Assembly (NCBI GenBank): GCA_005882525.1
Contig: VBGO01000008.1
Location: 1 to 42,305, forward strand
Direction: 5' to 3'
Length of the DNA stretch: 42,305 nucleotides
Source of the DNA: Chloroflexota bacterium
GTDB taxonomy: Bacteria; Chloroflexota; Dormibacteria; CF-121
The notes under the pieces were generated by a model. That model was not told the DNA's origin. It saw nothing but the letters and a program-made list of their open reading frames with translations, and did no database searches. The translations under genes were made by a program, and so were the position numbers. Below, one piece after another: positions 38,610 through 42,305 of this stretch (its first letter is position 1; each line of letters opens with the position of its first letter).

Positions 38610-39476
38610 TCATCCCGCCAGCGCCATCGGTTCCTGACCGGCGGGGTAGTTCACCTTGGCGCCGAACTTGTAACCGACACCACGCTTGGTCTGGATGTAA
38701 ACGGGCTTGCTGGGATTCGGCTCGATCTTGCTGCGCAGGCGCGAGATATGCACCCGGAGCCCTTCTTCGTAGGCTTCTTCGTCGCCGGCCCATGCCTTGG
38801 CGAGCAGCGTCTCATTGGTCACGACCCTTCCGGCATTGCGAACCAGCAGGAAGAGCAGCTTGGACTCGGTGGGGGTCAGGCTGATCTGCTGGCCCTTGAC
38901 GCGAGCCCAGTGTTGGACGAAGTTGATCTGGAGGTCCTGGTCGATGACGACCTCAGGCTGCTCCACGCCGGCGGACTCGCCGTAGCGGCGCAGCACACGC
39001 TGCACCCGCGCCACCAGCTCTTCCTTCTCGAAGGGCTTGACGATGTAGTCCTCGGCATACATCTGCAGGCCCTCGACCTTGCTCTCGACGGCCGCGACCG
39101 CGCTGAGGATGACGATCGGGACGTCGAGGTGGCTCTTGATCCGGCGGCAGAGTTCGAAGCCGTCCATCTCCGGCATCATCAGGTCGACGACGACCAGGTG
39201 CGGGATGCCTTCGTGGAGCTTGCGCAGGGCCTCGGGGCCGCTCCCGGCCGTCATGACCTCGTAGCCGGCATGCTCGAGGATCCGCTTGAGGATCTCGCGC
39301 GCCATGGCATCGTCATCGACGATCAGAATCCGGTACCGGTTGACGATGTTAAACCCCTCTCTTCCGGCCGCCATCGCCCGTCGCGCTGCGGACCGGCCGC
39401 CATGGATTTGGACCTGCTGCTGCTGGCTCAGGTCCGACTGGAGAGCCGGCAAATATATATGGCCCTCGTCGTTCAT
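38610..39476 (-). CDS. OmpR/PhoB-family response regulator (REC plus winged helix) with ~45-aa N-terminal extension
   Basis: ILIVDDD, LVVVDLMMPEMDG, VILSAV, YIVKPF. The C-terminus LTPTESKLLFLLVRNAGRVVTNETL...LRVHISRLRSKIE...IQTKRGVGYKF is the OmpR wHTH. No cognate kinase is adjacent on its strand. Confidence 0.9.
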   Translation of the reverse strand: MNDEGHIYLPALQSDLSQQQQVQIHGGRSAARRAMAAGREGFNIVNRYRILIVDDDAMAREILKRILEHAGYEVMTAGSGPEALRKLHEGIPHLVVVDLMMPEMDGFELCRRIKSHLDVPIVILSAVAAVESKVEGLQMYAEDYIVKPFEKEELVARVQRVLRRYGESAGVEQPEVVIDQDLQINFVQHWARVKGQQISLTPTESKLLFLLVRNAGRVVTNETLLAKAWAGDEEAYEEGLRVHISRLRSKIEPNPSKPVYIQTKRGVGYKFGAKVNYPAGQEPMALAG

Positions 39477-39745
39477 TTCCTTACGATTCCTCTTTACGAT
39501 GTGATGACTCGTTGTCGCGTCGGGGTCACATCAGCCGGCTGGCCAGCTGGGACTGCACCCACCTTAGAGAGGCAGGATTACGGCCCTTGTTACAGGCTCG
39601 TGGCGGGCGCTGCTCGCCAGGGAACGAGAGGGCGCGAGCGGTGCCTCTCACGCCCTCTGAGCCCAGCCTAGCCCCGCCCCGGCCGCTCGAAATCGGTCGG
39701 ACGGCCCATGGAAACGGGCTGACCGGGGTAAAATCTGTTGGCCTC

Positions 39746-39829
39746 GCCCGGGTGGTGAAACTGGTAGACACGCAGCTTTGAGGGGGCTGTGAGCGCAAGC
39801 TTGTAAGGGTTCAAATCCCTTCCCGGGCA
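39746..39829 (+). tRNA. tRNA-Leu (anticodon GAG)
   Basis: Folded by hand. Acceptor GCCCGGG/CCCGGGC with A73. D-loop AAACTGGTAGA. Anticodon stem CAGCT/GGCTG with loop TTGAGGG (U33, GAG, G37). Long variable arm GAGC-GCAA-GCTT (class II). T-arm AAGGG-TTCAAAT-CCCTT. CCA is not encoded. Confidence 0.9.
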
Positions 39830-39843
39830 GAGCCTCCAGCCGC

Positions 39844-40356
39844 GTGAACCTGAGCACCCTGTACCTGCGCCTGCGTTACCCCCGCCATACCTTCGGCCCC
39901 GGCTTTAGGGGGCCGTGGCGGCTGCGCATCCGGGGACGCGGCCGGGTCCGCTTTGGCCGCGATGTCCGGGTCCGGAATGAGTCGGGCCGAACCGCGCTGC
40001 TCACCTTCGGCGCCGAAGCCCGGATCGACATCGGCGACCGGGTCGACATCGACGGTGCCGGCCTGATGTCGGCCAGCGCGATCGTGGTCGACGACGACGC
40101 CATCATCGGTCCCTGCCTGCTCGTCGATACGGACTTTCACGCCGTCGGACGAGCGCGGCGCCGGGACGGGGAACCGGTGACCCGGCGGCCGATCCACATC
40201 GGCCGCAACGCCTGGATCCAGGGAAAGTCCACCATCCTCAAGGGGGTGTCGGTGGGGGAGGGGGCAGTGGTCCGCTGGGGCGCGTTGGTCGCGGGTGACG
40301 TCGCCCCCGGCGTCGTGGTGATGGGCAACCCGGCGGTGCCGGTCTCCGAGCCTTAG
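39844..40356 (+). CDS. Hexapeptide-repeat (LbH) acyltransferase, maltose/galactoside O-acetyltransferase-like
   Basis: Left-handed beta-helix repeats with C-terminal IHIGRNAWIQGKSTILKGVSVGEGAVVRWGALVAGDVAPGVVVMGNPA. The GTG start lies 14 nt after the tRNA. Confidence 0.8.
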   Translation: MNLSTLYLRLRYPRHTFGPGFRGPWRLRIRGRGRVRFGRDVRVRNESGRTALLTFGAEARIDIGDRVDIDGAGLMSASAIVVDDDAIIGPCLLVDTDFHAVGRARRRDGEPVTRRPIHIGRNAWIQGKSTILKGVSVGEGAVVRWGALVAGDVAPGVVVMGNPAVPVSEP

Positions 40357-40541
40357 GCGCCTACGGCGCCAGTGACATTGCAGTAGGTGTTCTTCACCGA
40401 GTTGCCCAGCAGGATCAGGGCGACGATCACGACGACGACCACCAGGCACAGGATCAGCGAATACTCGACCAGGGCCTGGCCGGTCTCGCTGTCGTGCCAG
40501 CCGAGCCGCATCCGGATCCGGGCCGCGAGGAGCGTCATCAT
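40353..40541 (-). CDS. flp: Flp-family type IVb pilin (prepilin)
   Basis: Flp motif GQALVEYSLIL followed by a hydrophobic helix CLVVVVVIVALILLG and a short tail. The start is taken at the ATG pair 40541/40538. The stop overlaps the convergent acyltransferase stop. Confidence 0.75.
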   Translation of the reverse strand: MMTLLAARIRMRLGWHDSETGQALVEYSLILCLVVVVVIVALILLGNSVKNTYCNVTGAVGA

Positions 40542-40634
40542 TGGTGTGCTGTCCCCGAGCGAAGCCCGCAACCCGAGTCCGGGGTATAACGGCAGCCTCG
40601 GCGCTTTCCGGCAGCGCCCGCGGTCTGGAACGCC

Positions 40635-40775
40635 CTAGCGGGCGGTGGAGCGCTGGACGAGGTAGGTCACGACCGCCAGGTACTCTTCGGAATCGGCGGA
40701 GCCGACCCAGCGGGTATCGTCTGTGGTGCGCCCGAAGAGGGCAAAGAGCTCGCTCAACGTCAGCTTTTCAGACAT
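40635..40775 (-). CDS. Unannotated small ORF 1 (46 aa), paralogue of 40841..40990
   Basis: MSEKLTLSELFALFGRTTDDTRWVGSADSEEYLAVVTYLVQRSTAR. It falls below the 60-aa cut-off of the ORF track. Coding status is supported by conservation against its neighbour, with many synonymous codon differences. Confidence 0.55.
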   Translation of the reverse strand: MSEKLTLSELFALFGRTTDDTRWVGSADSEEYLAVVTYLVQRSTAR

Positions 40776-40840
40776 CTTGATACCTAGCTAGTAGTTAACC
40801 CAACACAGATACTATCACACGTAGCTGGCGCGGGGCCAGT

Positions 40841-40990
40841 TCAGCGGGCGTTGTTCCGCTGAACTAAATAAAGGACCACGGCCAGGTATTCTTGCGAATC
40901 CGCCGACGCGACCCAGCGGGTGTCCTCGGCGTGGCGGCCGAAGAGAGTGAAGACGTCCGACATCGTGAGTCGTTGTGGCTCGTCCAGCAT
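40841..40990 (-). CDS. Unannotated small ORF 2 (49 aa), paralogue of 40635..40775
   Basis: MLDEPQRLTMSDVFTLFGRHAEDTRWVASADSQEYLAVVLYLVQRNNAR. There is an alternative internal ATG at 40963. The track ORF 40864..41148 overlaps it in another frame and looks spurious. Confidence 0.55.
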   Translation of the reverse strand: MLDEPQRLTMSDVFTLFGRHAEDTRWVASADSQEYLAVVLYLVQRNNAR

Positions 40991-41012
40991 GGTCGCCGGG
41001 GAGCGCCCCGAT

Positions 41013-41053
41013 GAGAGTGAAACGACCTGCCGCCGCCGAAACCTTTCACTCTC
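41013..41053. promoter_or_regulatory. Perfect 10-bp inverted repeat in a divergent intergenic region (candidate operator or leader hairpin)
   Basis: GAGAGTGAAA (41013-41022), 21 nt, TTTCACTCTC (41044-41053). It lies between small ORF 2 (start 40990, minus) and the Zn peptidase (start 41128, plus). Confidence 0.3.
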
Positions 41054-41127
41054 CGTGACATGACGGCGACGAAAGCGCTCCGATTCGGCACTCGGCCCAC
41101 GGGTAGAATTCGAGGCAGGGAGCGAGC

Positions 41128-41844
41128 ATGCTGTTCTTTGACTGGCACTACTTCGTGTACGTCGCCCTGCCGATCCTGGCCCTGGGCTTCCTCGCGAGCA
41201 ACTGGGTCAAGCGCACCTACCAGCGCTATTCCCAGGTGCGCAACGCCAGCGGCTTGAGCGGGGTCGATGTCGCCCGGCGCATCCTGACCGGGGCCGGCCT
41301 GAGCGACGTCACGATCCAGGTGATCGACGGCGAGCTGAACGACAACTACGACCCTCGGACCAGGACGCTGAATCTCTCACGCGCGGTCGCCACCGGCACC
41401 TCGGTCGCCGCGGAGGCGGTGGTCGCCCACGAGATCGGCCACGCCCAGCAGGATCGCCAGGGCTTTTTTGCGATGCGGATCCGTTCCGGGTTGGTGCCCG
41501 CGGCGAACCTCGGGTCGCAGGCTGGCCCGCTGATCGTCATCGCCGGCGTTCTGCTATCCGCCTTCACCGGAAGCACCTTCGGCTTCTACGTCGCGCTCGC
41601 CGGGCTGCTCCTGTTCGCCGCGGTGGTCGCCTTCCAGCTCATCACGACCCCGGTCGAGCTAGACGCCAGCCGCCGGGCGCTGCGCTTGCTCGCCGAAAAC
41701 GGGGTCATCTATCCCGAAGAGCAGGATGGCGCACGCCGGATGCTCCGGGCCGCCGCCTTCACCTACTGGGTGGCGCTCTTCGGCGCCGTGCTGACCCTGC
41801 TGTATTACGCGTCCCTCGTTTTCGGAAACCGCCGCAACGACTGA
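41128..41844 (+). CDS. Putative neutral zinc metallopeptidase (YugP / Zn_peptidase_2 family), membrane bound
   Basis: N-terminal TM helix. Motifs YDPRTRTLNLS and HEIGHAQQD (HExxH). Two C-terminal TM helices. GGGAG SD. Confidence 0.85.
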   Translation: MLFFDWHYFVYVALPILALGFLASNWVKRTYQRYSQVRNASGLSGVDVARRILTGAGLSDVTIQVIDGELNDNYDPRTRTLNLSRAVATGTSVAAEAVVAHEIGHAQQDRQGFFAMRIRSGLVPAANLGSQAGPLIVIAGVLLSAFTGSTFGFYVALAGLLLFAAVVAFQLITTPVELDASRRALRLLAENGVIYPEEQDGARRMLRAAAFTYWVALFGAVLTLLYYASLVFGNRRND

Positions 41845-41845
41845 G

Positions 41846-42305
41846 CCCGCGGCATTCGCCACCGCCGATCCGGCTGAGATCCGCGACCGGCTAACGCTGG
41901 GGGGCGAGGCGCTTTATCGGGCCGACCAGGCCCGCCAGTGGTTCTGGCAACGGCTGGCCCCGTCATTCGGTGCGATGCGCACCCTACCGCCGTCGGCCCG
42001 CCGCCAGCTCGAGGAGTCCTACGCGTTCAGCACGGTCACGCCCAAGCTCAAGCGTGAAGCGGACCGCGGTCAGACAGTGAAGTACCTGTTCAAACTCGGC
42101 GACGGACGGACCATCGAGACGGTGGTGATGCATTACGAGGCGACGGCCCGTTCACGGGCTCGCACCACGATCTGTGTCAGCTCTCAGGTCGGATGTCCGA
42201 TCGGCTGCAGTTTCTGCGCCACCGGCCAGTCGGGCTTCGATCGAAACCTCAGCGAAGCCGAGATCGTTGATCAGTTCCTCACCGCGAGCCGCGACCTGGG
42301 CGAGA
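41846..42305 (+). CDS. rlmN: 23S rRNA/tRNA (adenine-C2)-methyltransferase RlmN, radical SAM (5' part; runs off the window end; start codon unresolved)
   Basis: My own translation gives ...AEIRDRLTLGGEALYRADQARQWFWQRL...KYLFKLGDGRTIETVVM...ICVSSQVGCPIGCSFCATGQSGFDRNLSEAEIVDQ. This is the RlmN N-terminal HhH-like region plus the CxxxCxxC radical-SAM cluster. It is not in the ORF track because no stop is reached. Confidence 0.85.

Noticed and set aside
39477-39745. GC-rich inverted repeats lie in the 270-nt region between the OmpR-type regulator and tRNA-Leu. Examples are GATGTGA...TCACATC at ~39499-39533 and AGAGGGCG...CGCCCTCT at ~39627-39660. They were considered as possible sRNA or attenuator elements.
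   Set aside because: The stems are short with long loops, there are no U-tracts, and nothing matches an RNA family I recognise. They could simply be promoter or operator elements, which cannot be supported further without searches.
39746-41127. Possible integrated mobile element at tRNA-Leu.
   Set aside because: There is no integrase, no transposase and no direct repeat of the tRNA 3' end that I could find in the window. It is kept only as a low-interest context note.
40864-41148. The 94-aa minus-strand ORF from the track, spanning small ORF 2 and the intergenic repeat.
   Set aside because: It is Arg/Ser/Pro-rich with no motif. It runs across the peptidase start and the 10-bp inverted repeat. 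The alternative frame encodes a peptide conserved with its neighbour.

Overview
This is a visibly high-GC bacterial chromosomal window (GC judged by eye, not computed). It has strong GGAGG-type Shine-Dalgarno sites, frequent GTG/TTG starts and many spurious Arg/Pro/Gly-rich antisense ORFs. Lineage cannot be assigned from the sequence alone. F420/LLM, sortase, Rpf/SLT-like and Flp genes fit a Terrabacteria-type organism.

Gene content, in order:
- The tail of an rRNA operon (23S 3' end, 5S).
- A CaCA Ca2+/H+ antiporter.
- A minus-strand string of a degraded M20 peptidase pseudogene, a lytic transglycosylase, a GNAT and an OSBS/NSAR enolase-superfamily enzyme.
- A stand-alone TrpB2.
- Stress, envelope and metabolic genes: KGG-repeat protein, LapA-like protein, membrane-anchored LuxR, L,D-transpeptidase, pirin, LLM oxidoreductase, DUF1003, aldehyde dehydrogenase, TelA plus partner, DUF4349, sortase, HU-like protein, acyl-CoA ligase, cold-shock protein.
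- An arsM / arsR-arsC arsenic cluster with no efflux pump in view.
- A translationally coupled operon of methyltransferase-GT2 fusion, Zn-ribbon methyltransferase and GT87.
- A GDT1/UPF0016 transporter, an OmpR-type regulator, tRNA-Leu(GAG), a hexapeptide acyltransferase, an orphan Flp pilin, a YugP-type Zn peptidase and the 5' part of rlmN.

Most unusual content:
1. A ~10 kb, six-gene, translationally coupled signalling operon at 27.9-37.9 kb. It has two GAF-GAF histidine kinases, a hybrid kinase with four receiver-like domains (three degenerate), a single receiver, a small coiled-coil protein, and an 814-aa protein built of a ~470-aa coiled coil, a DHp-only histidine phosphotransfer domain without an ATPase, and two receivers. 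No output domain is recognisable. There is direct sequence evidence for a recent internal tandem duplication.
2. Two unannotated tandem paralogous small ORFs (46 and 49 aa) beside the Flp pilin. Their pattern of synonymous divergence argues that they encode protein.

All domain calls come from reading motifs by eye. No database search was possible.
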